Assembly (NCBI RefSeq): GCF_001194135.2
Contig: NC_068993.1
Span: 46,781,561-46,845,560 of the forward strand
Reading direction: 5' to 3'
Length of the DNA stretch: 64,000 bases
Source: Octopus bimaculoides
Taxonomy: Eukaryota
The notes under the pieces are model-generated. The model was not told where the DNA came from and did no database searches. It saw nothing but the letters and a program-made list of their open reading frames with translations. Every line of letters starts with the position of its first letter. The first letter of the stretch is position 1. Positions 1-14,018 of the stretch are shown in pieces. The translations under genes were made by a program, and so were the position numbers.

Positions 1-196
1 CATGTCATTCAGTCAAATTGATTGGTCTGTCATCTGCTTTTTATTGATTGCTTCTATCATCAGCTTATTGATTATGGCTACAGGTCATCGTGTGTTGTTA
101 ATACTCTTTTTCTTTTCGCACTTGGTAAGAGTCTTCATCGCAATTTCTGTTCTATTTCTCTCCTTCATCATAATTCTCTCCATCTGATTTTTCAAG

Positions 197-319
197 AGAA
201 AGAAACTCTTAAAAGTTCAACCTTACCGCAAGCCTGTCTGGTGAAAATCCCAGCAGAAAATGGTGAAACTAAGCGCCTAGCTGCTCCTCTACTATCAAAT
301 GTGAAGACCCTCTCTGGAG
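197..319 (+). CDS. Candidate MYCBP2 exon A (phase 1-1, 123 nt), EKETLKSSTLPQACLVKIPAENGETKRLAAPLLSNVKTLSG
   Basis: Pyrimidine tract ending ttttcaag, open frame, donor GAG|gtaaaa. Phase fits the downstream chain. No recognisable homology and a weak AAG acceptor. Confidence 0.35.
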
Positions 320-1563
320 GTAAAAAAACTCTCTCTCGATCAATCTTCTTCCTCTCCCTTTTTTGACTTTCTGTTGCTGATTTTTCTCTCTTTATCACTC
401 TCACTTTTATTCAGCTATTTAATTTTGTTCGCTCACTTGCTCTTTTTCTCATCATTACTGCTGCGATATCTGCTTATCGTATTTTTGTGATATATTTTTT
501 GAAGAATTCAATGTTCTGAAATGCAATTTAGTTGATCAATATACTTTTTTTTTATTTCACAAGAATTCACTAGCTTTGGTTGTTTATTTATTTATACATT
601 TATTATATCTATCTATATATATATATTTATTTATTTTTCTTCACTCATTATGCACAGTTTTGGTTTAAATTTCGTTCATGCCTCTTGTATATTTTTGCCT
701 TGTGCAGTGATTATATGGCTAAGTGAGTCTTATTTTATATCCTTGGATCTTTGAATATTTATTGATATAAAAAAAAAACAAAAAACAGAACATGTCTCCC
801 TAAAACAAGAAGAAACCAAAAACCCCGCTCTTGTGTTGTATCCCAGTGATGTTCAATATTTTCCCAAATACTAAACAGAGATTTGGTTGTTCATTTAGTT
901 TTTAATTACTTAATTAGCTGCTGTTATGAACAGTTCACCCATATAAATATGATAATTCAAAAGAAATGGTATCTCCACAGCTTGCAATTTATCAATAATA
1001 TTATTGATTACTATTATTATTGATATTTCAGTTTTTTTTTTTTTTTTTTTTTTGAAGCTACTTTTTACCTTTCTTTGGTTGTTTCATATTCTTTTCTGAA
1101 TTTTTTCAGTCTACAGTGCATCATTTATGGGGTGTAAAAGGGGTACAGAGTTTAAGGTTGAAAGATATTTTGGTGGAAGAATTTATTATAAAATTTATCA
1201 AATTTTCTGGCACTTTGTATGTTTTGTCCCTTTTTTTTTTTTTTTTGTTTCATGTGTGTGAATTGTTTTTAAAAATCTAATATGATGTATTGGAAAAGGA
1301 ACAGCGGAGAAAAATTAGTAAAAAAAAATTATTTTCTCTTAGAAGTATTTAAACCTGTTAAGCATATTTTATCTTATGGATCTCGTGATCAGTTGTATTG
1401 TGAGCTAAAATTGAGTTTCCAGTGTGGGGATTGACAACAGACTGCTTGCACTTGAGGTGGAATAACTACTAAAATGTGTTTTTTCTTGAAATGCCACTTT
1501 GTCATCATTCCTCTTGTTGATGTATATATCTTTAGCCTGATGCATTCAAATATATACATATTT

Positions 1564-1602
<39 letters not shown>

Positions 1603-2233
1603 GGCATGTTTGGTTTTACAAATGAAAGAAAGAGAACTCAATGTGTGAAGCAGGGTATAGTTAATCTGTCCTCAGTTGTATAATTGCTATAGAAGGGACA
1701 CAAAACCCTACAAATTCCTTTAAGTTACCTTTGAGAGGTGTCTTAGCTTGAAACTCTATGATCTAATGTCAACCTTGTAACAATTCCAGTTAGTAAGAGA
1801 AAATCTGGTCAGCTATTCTTGCACCGACATGCAAATACACATGCACACACAAACCCTTTGCTCCTTATGAAGTATTAGCCATTGCTGACCTTTCTCTACT
1901 GTTTTTGACTCAGGGCTTCCTTTTACTACTACTCTCCAATTAGATACTTGCCCTGCCTTGCAGCAAGAGAAGGCCTTCCTCTCTCAATTCTCATTGGTTT
2001 TGAAATTTGAAGTTTTCTGTAACTTTGCTTTTTTTTTCTTAGTAGGGATGGAGGCCCTATGCCAAAAAAACATGGACCGCCACTCACTCTGAGAAGTGGT
2101 GGTCCATATTAATTTGGCCTCTATTCTTTGACCTGTCCAACATAAGAGGCTCTGTGCTCTGCTGGCATAGCTCTCTGGGTCACTGAGGAAAACAAGCCTT
2201 TGCACTTCAATAAGGATTGGACCTTGTGGATAT

Positions 2234-2264
<31 letters not shown>

Positions 2265-2422
2265 NNNNNNNNNNNNNNNNNNNNNNNNNNNNNNNNNNNN
2301 NNNNNNNNNNNNNNNNNNNNNNNNNNNNNNNNNNNNNNNNNNNNNNNNNNNNNNNNNNNNNNNNNNNNNNNNNNNNNNNNNNNNNNNNNNNNNNNNNNNN
2401 NNNNNNNNNNTATACACACACA

Positions 2423-3709
2423 CAGGGTGTGGTGGATAAGTTGTCATCTAAATTATGCAAAAGGAAAATAACACTGACATCTCATTTTAACAGATATATT
2501 TACCAAAATTACATAAAAATATTTTGAAATACTTAAGAGTAAATTTATTCAATGAAATTGCCATGGCCTCCAGACAACTTCAGAATCTCTTGCAGCTCTT
2601 CTGGATGGTTTTCTTGGTTACGTTGGTCAATGCTGCCATAATCCTTGCCTTCAGTTCATCTTTGGTGTTACAAGGAGTTTTGTTGGTCTCTTGTCCAACT
2701 GTGCCCCACACATAATAATCAAGGAGGTTGCAGTCTTGGGACTTAGGTGGCCAGATGTTAAGGGTGATGTGGTCGCAGAAATTGCTTGACAGCCATGACT
2801 GGGTTCTCCTGCTTGTGTGGCATGGTGCAGAGTCCTGTTGCCAGACATAGGCTCTTCCAGCAGCCAACCTCTTGACCCAATGCAGCAATACCTCTTCCAG
2901 GCACTTGATGTAGGCCTCTGTGTTGAGTCTAAGGCTGTGTGGGAAGATGAATGGAGGCATAACATCGCCATCACTAGTGATCACTCCAGACACCATGATG
3001 TTGACTGGATGCTTGATTTTTATCCCTCTCAGTACATGTTTTGGGGACACGGAAAGCCAATGGTTGTTCTGTATGTTCACCATCTAATGCTGGCAGAAAT
3101 TTTTCTCATCTGAGAAAAACCAAAGCATGTTCGGTTGGAAGGGATGCTTGAGCTTGTTCAAAAGCTTCGAAGTGTTGTCTTTTCTCTTGGCCTTGATGGC
3201 TTGGGATAAAAATTGGCCCTTTCGCTTATTGTATAAGAAATACCAAATGTCTTCATGCACTACCTGTCTGATAAGTAACTCAGATATTCCTATTTCGCTG
3301 ACGATGGACCTGAATGACTTGGTGGGATCATTGTCAATTGTGGCCAGGATCTCACCAACAAATTCAGTTCTTTTCTCATCAGAATGATCAGGGTGAGTTT
3401 TCCAAGCTGCCGTACCTTTGTAATCACCATTAGACTCATCCAACTCTTTCCGAATCCTCTGCATTGTCTTCAGATTGACACCCAAACACTCTGAAATGTT
3501 CATATTAGAGCTTCTGGCATGAATACCAAGCAGTATAGCATATTACTTCCAAATTTGTGGCAGAGTGAATTGCGTCATGGTGCTGTTTTTCTCCCAGACA
3601 GTGTCCAACTGACCCTACTATACTGTATAGTCGACAAAATCAAAAATGAACAATGCTCATGCATGAAATTAAAAATATAAAATGGCAACAATTTACCCAT
3701 TGCACTCTG
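2423..3709 (-). mobile_element. Decayed IS630-Tc1-mariner DNA transposon, DD37D (maT) type, about 1.29 kb
   Basis: Degenerate TIRs (cagggtgtggtggataagttgtcat versus revcomp cagagtgcaatgggtaaattgttgccat). Transposase frame from ATG 3578 has motifs FSDEKNF, WQQDSAPCH and SQDCNLLDYYVW, with 37 residues between D2 and D3. In-frame stops at 3545, 3086 and 2582. Confidence 0.9.
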
Positions 3710-4439
3710 TGTATATATCTTGAAGTATGTTTATCACCTAATAATAACTGAAAATTATACTCACAAGTTCACAGAAGCATGGCATGAATATCACATTGAT
3801 GGTGCAATTTTTAAACTTTCTGATGAAATTCTCCATATTCTATGGACTTGGTGCTGTGTTAACAAGAAAAAACAGCTCATAAGCATATTATAGATTTTTT
3901 TTCAATTTTTTTCAGTTCGTGCAGAAGCTAATTTGCATATTGGTATTAATTTTCTTGGTTTTTGTTGTACTGTATGATTGCATATGGTTTTTTTCACATA
4001 TAAATGTATCCTTTGGTGTACCAAAGTTTAAAAAACAAAAATATTTGTGCTTCTTTGGAATTCAAGTTGTATGTATGTGTGTGTGTGTGTGCGTGTGTGT
4101 GTGTTAGACAGTGGATGGTGGAATTACCGAAGCATCTGTTCTTTACATTCTGAATTTAAATCATGCACAGGTGAGCTCTGTTTTATCTTTTCACAGCAGA
4201 TAAAATAAATAAATATCAGGTAAAATTTAGATGGACGTAATTGATCATAATGTGGGAGATGTGCCCCAGCATGACCACAGTCTAATGACTGGATTCAGTA
4301 AAAGAATAGAGAAAATACAATGTCATGGTAATATAGAAGAAACTGTCACAATACAATTGACAAAACACTTTGGAGATGAATTTAGGAATAAACGTGGGGG
4401 AAAAGAATAAAATTGAGATAACAAAACGTGCTTGGAATA

Positions 4440-5089
4440 GCTTGTATTGAAATGTATTTTTGTATACATAACAATTATTGGAATTTGTGATGTGTTGTAT
4501 TTTGTAGAACTAACAATTGCTGGAGTTTGTAAAGTGCATTTTGTAGATATAATTATTGAAGTTTGAAGTAAGATTATCTTGTAGACTTAACAATTCTTGG
4601 AGTTTGTAATGTGTTTTGAGAGCCTAACAACGGCTGGAGTTTATAATGCGTTTTGTAGAGCTAATGACTAATGGAGTGTGAAACAAGATTACCTTGTAGG
4701 CTTAACTGCTGAAGTTTGTAATGGCTTTCTGAAAGCCTAACAACTGCTAGAGTTAGTAATATGTGTGTATTGTAGACCTAACAACTGCTGGAGTCTGTAT
4801 TGGTATTTTCAAAGCCTATTAGCTACTCAAGTTAATTAATCAGGTTGTTTTGTAGGCCTAACAATTGCGGGAGTTTGTAATAAGACGTGTACTTTGTGGA
4901 CATGACAACTGCTGAAGTATGTTGTGAGATTGTTTTGTAAACCTTAACAGCTGCTGGAACTTGTAAAATATTTTGAAAGTCTAACAACTGCTGGAATTTG
5001 TTATGAGATTGTCTTGTGAACCTAACAGCTGCTGGAGTTTGTAAAGAAATATGTATTCCATAATACTAACAACTACTGGGGCTTTTCAG
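4440..5089. repeat. Degenerate minisatellite, about 16 units of about 40 bp with core TAACAACTGCTGGAGTTTGTAA
   Basis: Core variants recur at about 4467, 4510, 4587, 4625, 4737, 4779, 4858, 4944, 4982, 5022 and 5067. Confidence 0.85.
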
Positions 5090-5236
5090 GTAAGATAAAA
5101 ATGGATCGGGAGTCAAGTAAAAATCGTGACAAGTTGCAGGAGAAAGTTTCAACGAGCTCTAAGTCATCATCTTCTTCATCGTTGTTGTCATGTGGCCCAT
5201 GTGGTATCAACCCTCATAGGCTAGCCTCTATTGTAG
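5090..5236 (+). CDS. Candidate MYCBP2 exon B (phase 1-1, 147 nt), KIKMDRESSKNRDKLQEKVSTSSKSSSSSSLLSCGPCGINPHRLASIV
   Basis: Acceptor gcttttcag, 49 open codons, strong donor TAG|gtaagc. Ser-rich like the neighbouring exons. Confidence 0.5.
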
Positions 5237-7968
5237 GTAAGCTCTCCTTTCTCGCTCTCTTCACTGCTCCTTGAGAATTTGTTTTTAGCTGAGGTTCTGC
5301 CACTCTTTTTCTTTCTTTTTATCTCTCTTGCGCTCTTTATATTTCTTTATACTTTTCTATACATATATATTGTTTTACCTCTCTCTCTCTCCATACCTCT
5401 CTATCTATCTGTCTATCTTCATACTTATCTATCTATCTATCTATCTTCATACTTATCTATCTATCTATCTATCTATCTACATACCTATCTATTTATCTGC
5501 TTCCATACCTCTCTCTCTCTATCTATCTATCTATCTATTCAACACCTCTGCCACTTCTTTTTGGAGCAAGATTACATGCATGACACTGGAAAGTTGGATT
5601 ATATACATATACGTGTCGTCATTGTTGTCGTTGGTCAATGTTTCAGATGTTGTTGCTATTGTTGTTGTCATTTCAATATCAGCAGAAGGACAGAAATGAT
5701 TTATCACCAGCTTTATTTTCTTTTAAACAATTAGTTAAATATCCCTCTTCATTTTGAGCTCAAATACTACATCATTTGAGGACATTGTTATGTTGCTCGG
5801 GTAAAAAAAACAAAAAAACTAATAATCATAATCGTGGGATTTATTCAGTTTCTTATACTTTTGATATGTCAGTGTTATTGGTGTTAAGCTCCTGTGAAGC
5901 ACTGATTTGGCTGAGCTATGTATTCTAGCCTTGCCCATCATGTCATATTCATATAGACATACTATGTCTAGAACTACATTACTGAGTACATCTTTCCTTT
6001 TCTTCTTGCAATATGCTAAAGTGTGATGTAAAAGAGATTTATGTGCTATATCTAGTTGATTAACCACAGACAGCTTTCCTCAATATCAGTGTTCATTTTT
6101 AGTGTTTTAATTTTTAAATTTCTGAAGATGGTAACCTGGAAGAATAGTTAACATGCTGGACAAAATGCTTAGGGGCATTTCTTCTGACTTTATGTTCTGA
6201 GTTCAAATGCCACCAGGGTCGACTTTGCCTTTCATATTTTTGCGGTTGATAAAATAAGTAGCAGTTGAGTGCTGGGGTCGATGTAATCAATTTACTCCTC
6301 TCCGAAATTTGTCTGGCCTTGTGCCAAAATTTGAAACCAATATTTAAATTTACCCCCACTTTCTTTACATGTTTCTTTTCCTTCATTATATATTTTTTTT
6401 TTTGGGGGGGGGGGTTCAACTTCTTTAATCTGTATAAATACTGATATGTAGATTGGAGAAAAACTATTGTGTGTTGATTAACCCAGTAGCATTCAGATTA
6501 TTCTGTCAAATGTAATACTTATTCAAATTGTTTTGAATTAATCATTTATTATCTTGTGGCTTCAAGATTTCGATGATATTATAATTCATTTTTAGAATGA
6601 AATTGTAGGGTCAGTGTAAGATGTTGGATCAGGGCAATTTCAACATAAAAGAGGCAGAATATTTGGGCCAGGTATTGCTGGTTTAAATGCTAAAGGATTA
6701 AACTTTAGCATTTAAAAATTATTAAATAATGCTTGAAAATAAGAACATGTACTAAACCTTGGCTCAAACTCCTTGCTTGCTCTTGATTTGTTATGTCACA
6801 GTTTTTAAACAGTAATACCATTGGTTAAAGGTTTCCGGTGGTCCAGTCACTGGTTCACTCCAATTCTGATTGTGAGAATGTGAAGGGAGGGGCTGTACTT
6901 GGTGGAATTCCTTTTTGAAGAATACTAGATTTTTGTTAATTATCACATCTGTCACAGGTATCTAATGAATTATACTAACTCACAGACATAGTGTTTTGTG
7001 GTTATGGAGTTTGTTTCACAATCATAAGCATCTCTGTTCACTTTATTTCATGGTATCAGGTCGTGTACCTGAGCCCATGGTTACCTCTATGAATCAGAGT
7101 GATGAGTTGCAAGCCTTCATGCAAAAAACAGCTTCTAAAATAAATATATGACAGTTGTAAGTACAGGGCACAATATAGTAGACTAACTAAAATCTTTGGA
7201 GGTAGTGCTTTAGTATGGCTGTAATTGATGACTGAAACTAGTAAAAGAATAGTGTGTCATATATATATATGTATATCTGATGAAGCTATTGGGTAATACT
7301 CAAGCATTTCAAATATGAGTGCATTGCATCTTATAGCAGAAACAACTGTAAGCTAATGAAGTTCATAGCATAATTGTTTATGCCTTTGTCATCCCAATTT
7401 CTCATATATGTATATATATATAAATGTACTGTATTATATATCCATTACAGCTGATCTTACCTCTCAGTTTCGCACTAAGGGTTCAACAGAGTGTTAGGTA
7501 ACAGTCCAGTTATGTAACCCTGTGCTCTTCAGAGGTAGCCATTATGGAATGATATATAAATATAAATATATATCCTAATAGTGTAATATCACTTGGTGAC
7601 TGGCTTTTCTGACTGTATTTGACTTGATATGCTGTGTGTAGTAAACTGTATTTTGGTTCACTTTGTAAAATTTTACATATTTTTTATATATCTTATTTAA
7701 TCTTTATTTTCTTTATTTCAACCTGCTTGCATCAAAGCTGCATGGCTATGTAAACAAACTTGGTACTATTTTTTTTTTTCTAATGTTTAGTGTATCTACA
7801 TTTTGGGAAGGTTATTAGTACATGTTGATAGATTTCGTACCGATGTTATTGCAGCTATTTTTGGTTCTTAAATATGTGTATGCATGCATACATATGTGTG
7901 TACATGTGTGTGTGTGTGTGTGTGTGTGTTTATATATACAAATGTGTATGGACATGCATATATATATT

Positions 7969-8016
<48 letters not shown>

Positions 8017-8464
8017 TAATGTTTGTTGTTTTTGTGTGTGTGTATATGTATGTTTTATTTTGCATTTTTCAAGTTGTTTTTAACGTTGTCTCTCTTTTAG
8101 CTAATTACAATTTATAATATTCATAATTTTATTCCTTATTTCAATATTCTGTATTTGAATGTAATTTTGTTTTCTGAATTTTATTGTAGAAATTTATTTT
8201 CAAAGGTGTTGAAATCTCAGTTGCTTACACAACATTGAGTGCATGGTTTTTTCAGTAATAGTTCTTGGTAGGATACCTTCCAGAGGAAACGCTCACATAC
8301 ATGTACACTCTCACTTGCATGCACACACAATAACAGGGTAGACATTCTCTATGAGGTGTGTATAGCTTTGTTTATAATTTTAAGGCCATACACACATTCT
8401 TAATCGTGCAAACATTTATGTTTATATATGTTTGTATTTATATATGTGTGCATATGTGTATGTA

Positions 8465-8510
<46 letters not shown>

Positions 8511-10358
8511 CACACACACATATGCACGTGTGTGTTTGTATGTTTATGTGTATGTATGTATGTGTGTGTCTGTATTATCATTCAACACCCATTGTCCATG
8601 CTGGCATGGGTTAGACGGTTTGACCAGAGCTAGCAAGTTGGGGAGCTGCACCAGACTCCAGTCTGATTTGGTATGGTTTCTATGGCTAGATGCCCTTCCT
8701 AATGCCAACCCTCTTACACAGTGTGCTTGGTGCTTTTATGTAGCACTGCACAGGTGTCTTTATGTGGCTCTGCATGGGCACTTTTACATGGCACTGACAT
8801 GAGTGCTTTTCACCACCAGAGGGACTGGTCTGAACACTTCTGTTGTGTGTGTGTGTGTGTATGCGTGAAGTAAATGAATCTCTGCTAGTTTTAAGAATAA
8901 GTAATCTAGTATATTCGCTCAGCTGATCTCCCTATTCATTTAATTGTAGTGTAAGTGGCTGAGTATTTCACTGACACTTGTACCATTAACCTAATCCTCA
9001 GCCAGAACCATCATGAGGCACTGTGACAAGGCTGGCCCTTTAAAATAATAGTCCATTCGACAGGCTTCCACTGTTTCTCTTCTACTCAATTTCGTTGAGA
9101 AGCCTTGTGTTGGTTGATCTGATCTAAGAAGGTACTTGCTCAAGATGCCATACTGTGGGATGGAACTCCAAGACTTAACAGGTGTGAAGTGAACTTCTTG
9201 AACATTTGGTCATGCCTGTTTCTACTTTGGCTTTATGGATGTCTGGGAGACATTGGCTAAAAACTGTACAATATAGACAAAGACTATCAAGTAAAGAGTG
9301 GTATCTTTGAGTTAAAATCAAATGATGCTGCTTTGAAGTGTCCATTCTGTAAGTGGGGCCCAAGTGCAGCACTTGCAGGATCCCAGCAGGGATTGAATTG
9401 TAGTGTGTTTGTGTGGACAATTTCTTCTCTCAAGGGCTTGGTTTGTCAGTCTTCTAAAGTCACGTGAGCCAGGGAGAAATCAAGCTGCTTGTGAGATGGT
9501 TCTCCTGTAATGTGAACCATGGTACATTTGTACTGTAAAGAGAAATAAGCATCACATCTGTGAATGTTCCTGCAGAAAGGAAGCTGGACTGAAAAGCTAC
9601 TTGTTTGCACATGATCATGCACCATTCAACGGAGCGATGGCACTCATCTGACAAGAAGATGCAATCAGCATATATGTATATATACATAATATATATTTAT
9701 CATTCTTAGACAGAATGTTGTGGACAGTTTTGCCCAGCTAAGCCATCATTGGACTGCTGGCCAAAACTTCAAAGTCACTGTTAACATTCTTGTCCAAGAA
9801 TAATAAATTTCTACTCTACAAAAGTATAGAGTAACCCAGATTAACGTAAAATTGTTCTCATCCTAACTGAACATAAGAGCAAATGTTGAGATATCTCAAC
9901 ATTTACTATATTATTTAATATATAATGTAGTAAATGTTGATGCAAAACAAAATTAGATGGGAAAATACTAGGGGAGTGCATTAACATACCTTATAAAATT
10001 CCTTTCAAAAATAGAAGATTATGGAAGTCACACTCATACATTGCCAAAATCAAAATGCAAACACATACATTTCCTTCAGTTGTAACTTGCCTGAAGACTC
10101 TGTGCACTTGCAGGCAAAATTCAGACTAGCAAAAGACTGACTTGACCAATATATATATATATATATATATATANNNNNNNNNNNNNNNNNNNNNNNNNNN
10201 NNNNNNNNNNNNNNNNNNNNNNNNNNNNNNNNNNNNNNNNNNNNNNNNNNNNNNNNNNNNNNNNNNNNNNNNNNNNNNNNNNNNNNNNNNNNNNNNNNNN
10301 NNNNNNNNNNNNNNNNNNNNNNNNNNNNNNNNNNNNNNNNNNNNNNNNNNNNNNNNNN

Positions 10359-10406
<48 letters not shown>

Positions 10407-11349
10407 TTACAGTATCTAGCTTCTAGTTGTGTGGAAAGAATTGTGGAAAAGAATTTGTTTCTCAACTTTCCAGGAATATTGCTAAATGTTAATTAAAAAA
10501 AAAAAAAGAAACCTCACAATTTGCCATGATGTTGTCAGTGTACATTTGAGCAACTTAATTAGTAAATTAAACTAAGAGCTAAGACTTCTTTGATACTTCA
10601 TTTTTTTTCTTAATTTCCATAATCACATAGTTTGTGTGCATGTAATTCTGTGCATCTGTGTTTATGTATGTGTATGTGTCCTAGTATATTTCATTCATTT
10701 TAACTGGTTTTATTTTGATTACTTCCTAGAACTGATTTTTTCGTTGATGATTCCACTCAATATGATCAAGGCATTAGAGATATTTTGTTCAAGTCCCAAA
10801 TTGAGAAAAAAATATTTTTTCCCTTTCTTTCTAGACATCTTCAGATATTTTTACCCTCTACTACAAGCTGCCATTCTCTTTTCCCTATGCAACTCTTCAT
10901 TCATATCTACCATTCTCATTTACCACCATACATCTTTAGTGTTTCCACCACTTACTCTCTATATCTTACCGTCACCCATCATTATTCCCCCCCCCCCCCA
11001 TTACACTGTTCATGTTTCCATTCAATATCTTTCTCAACAACCATCTCTCTTCTATTACTTAATCTTCTACCATCACCTTGTTTCACTCTGTTACACTCAT
11101 TCTATCCTCTTTCATCCTTATGGTATCCACTCCCTTCTTTTCATAATCCTAGTCATATTTGCCTCCAATGACTGAAGACCGCCTTAATTTTGCAGGAGAC
11201 AAAGCAACCCTTACTAGCATTAATGCCGTAATAAAATGCATCATGCACACCCTATAAAGTGATTAGCAAGTGAATGGAAATAATGTGAGAGAGAGGACTC
11301 ATTAGTCTTGCTGAGTACTTGACAAACTCTTTGGTATTGGTTCCTCAAT

Positions 11350-11605
11350 AAAATGGCAGAGTGACTCAGACAGTAAAGTGAAGTGTCATAAAACTGGTAG
11401 AAGTAGCTAAGTAGAGTATAGGTAGAAGTAGCTGAGATAAGCTGAGTATAAGTATAAGTAGCTCAGATAAGAAGAGTAAAGGTTGAAGTAGCTAAGATAA
11501 GTAAAGTGTGACAATACAGTGCTAGATTGCAGTAGTAGAGGTGAGTAGCTTAGACAGTAAAGTATCACAATACACTGGTGGAGGCAGCTCAGCTAGTAAT
11601 GTGAC
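11350..11605. repeat. Degenerate ~35-bp tandem repeat (GAAGTAGCT.AGATAAG core)
   Basis: agaagtagctaag, agaagtagctgagataag, taagtagctcagataag and tgaagtagctaagataag recur at regular spacing. Confidence 0.65.
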
Positions 11606-12656
11606 TAACCCTTTAGCATCGAGATTTCTGTGTCAAATGTGAATCTTATATAGTCATACTGTTTTGAATTAATCATTCATTATCTCATAGCCTTGAAATT
11701 GCAGTGAATGTGATTATTTTTAGAATAATATTGTAGATTAAGTGTGAGAGGCTGGATCTGGCCAGTTCGATGATAAAACATAGATTATTTTGGCCAGATA
11801 TGGTTGGTTTAAACGCCGAAGTATTAAGTAGAGTAAGTGATAGTGTTCAGTGATGTCCTCCTTCATTCTGATTTCAAATCCCATTCATGTCAGCCTTGCA
11901 TTTCTTCCCCAGTGACTCAGTAAAAATAAGCACCAGTAGCTTATTCTGGATTGATTCGTTTTATTGCAGACCACCCTACTTTTAACACTAGTAGGCTATC
12001 TCCTTAGGTGACAAAGTAATTAGTGCACCAGTAAGCTTTCATGTGTAAAGGGTTAAATTATACCATATGTAGGGGATATTTTCTTAATGATATTTGTGTC
12101 TCCTACTGAGTGCCATATTAGGACACATTCACCAGATCTTTTTCGTTAGGCGAATGATTAAAAAAATTTTTTTTTTTAGGGTTACTCATCTTTTTAACCC
12201 CTCAAACTGCAGCCCTCTCTAACCCACTTCCTCTTGTTAACATCTCTTATACACATTGATGTACAGCCAGAAATATGACTGTAAAATGTTTAGGTACACT
12301 ACTAACCAGAAATATGATTGTAAAATCTTTAGATACATTATTAGTGCCTGATGTTGGGGAAAATGGTGGAAACCTCACTTTTTTTTATATACAGTCTAAA
12401 GAAAAGTAAATAGCTTGGGAAACGTTGTTATGCTTGTGGGAACACTGCCTACTTTTCTTTTGATAAAATAAAGGTAATTTTCATTGCCAGTCACAGTCTT
12501 GGATTATTATATTTCTTGTATGCATCTTTTAAGGATTACTATTCTGATATTAGATTCCTGTTGCATCTCTTTACTATCAACTTTGAAATTTTACTTGTAT
12601 GTGTGTGTGTGAGAAGGTGAGGATGTGTATGGGTCGAATTTGTTCTTTAACTACAG

Positions 12657-12707
12657 ATGTGTTATACCACACATCATATCAGTCATGTTCTTCTCCTACC
12701 TATACTG
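12657..12707 (+). CDS. Candidate micro-exon C (phase 1-1, 51 nt), DVLYHTSYQSCSSPTYT
   Basis: Acceptor tctttaactacag, donor CTG|gtaaaa, symmetric phase 1. Short enough to occur by chance. Confidence 0.3.
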
Positions 12708-13757
12708 GTAAAACTGACAGTTCCAGGAAAGAAGAGAAATCACAGTCACAACTGATCAAGTTGTTTGCCTGCCAGGATCCTAACTAAAGGGGCTGGATTT
12801 CATCTCTGATCGCACACACGTACTGTGTTCCCACTGCAAAGATACGAAACAAACGGCATTTTGTTTTAGACAGATGGGAAGTTATGATGTTTAAACCTTT
12901 TTTACTTAATCATTTGTGATGTCTCTGTTTCTTTTTGGAGTATCATTATCCACTCTTATTTTTAGGGGTTGTAAAATGAAAGCTAAATTTCCCATTGGTT
13001 TGAATACCAGTCTCTTTAGCTTTAGCTTGGATACCAGTGTTTGATCATTGATCACTATGAGCACATATCATCAAGATTATTAGAGGCATTCCAACATTGT
13101 TCATTCCATTTATTTTTTTTATTGTGTACGTTATCCAGTTTGACCTTTCTTTTAAGGCAGTTGCAGTGTGACTTGGAAGTTTTGCTTCTAGCATGTAGGG
13201 GATTCTTATTTACTCACTTATGACACTTTTCTTCCATGCAGGCATGGGTGGGATGTTTTGACAATGTGCTATAGCGTGACTTCTCTCAATCCCAATTTGT
13301 TTCATCTAAGTTGTTTGCCATCTTGATCTATTATGATCTCTTCATTTATTTATTTTCTTTGCATGAAATAATTTTTTCTTGATGGAATTTTCTACTTTTC
13401 ATATGTTTATAATCAACTAACACTGCTTACTTATAATAAAATGTTTCATTTTAAAGTAATTTAAGGTGTCACAACTAGGTGGTTTTTTTTTATTGTATAC
13501 ATACTATTTTACTTCTTTACCAGATTAGTAAAACAACATTGGTATATGATGGTATAATAATATAATACAAAATAAATTTAATGATAAATAAGACAATAAA
13601 ATATAACAAAATAATAATAAAATTACAGCTTTATTTGTAAGATTACTGGGAGAAATGCCATTTGGATTATTTGAATCTTAAGATAATAAACACAAATTTT
13701 GAATATCATTTTTTAAAAATCCTGTTGTCTAACTGAATATTGCATGAATGTTGTGCT

Positions 13758-13830
<73 letters not shown>

Positions 13831-13982
13831 TTATTTTTGCTATATCTTTGTATATGCATTCTAAATACTTCCTGTGATATCTCTTGATTATAATATGGCT
13901 TCTTTGTAGCCATAGAAATATTTGATGTGTATATTGTTTATATCTACTTTGAAATTTTAAAGCTAATGACATACACTTCTCC

Positions 13983-14018
<36 letters not shown>

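Noticed and set aside
2-187. Hydrophobic 61-aa ORF resembling a membrane peptide
   Set aside because: It reflects pyrimidine-rich intronic composition upstream of a candidate acceptor and has no recognisable family.
4440-5089. CRISPR-like look of a conserved ~22-bp core with variable spacers
   Set aside because: The cores are degenerate, the spacers resemble each other, there are no cas genes and the context is a eukaryotic intron. It is a minisatellite.
7272-7310. CTGATGA-AGCTATT(GGGT)AATAC hammerhead-like start
   Set aside because: There is no GAAA and no stem III or cleavage triplet.
9175-9660. Possible RTE ORF2 C-terminal remnant (EAGLKSYLFAHD)
   Set aside because: Only one short motif in a heavily interrupted frame; not enough to annotate.
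10086-10135. TTGC-CTGAAGA...CAGGC-AAAA...GCAA hammerhead-like remnant
   Set aside because: G12 is lost and stem III does not pair; too decayed to call.
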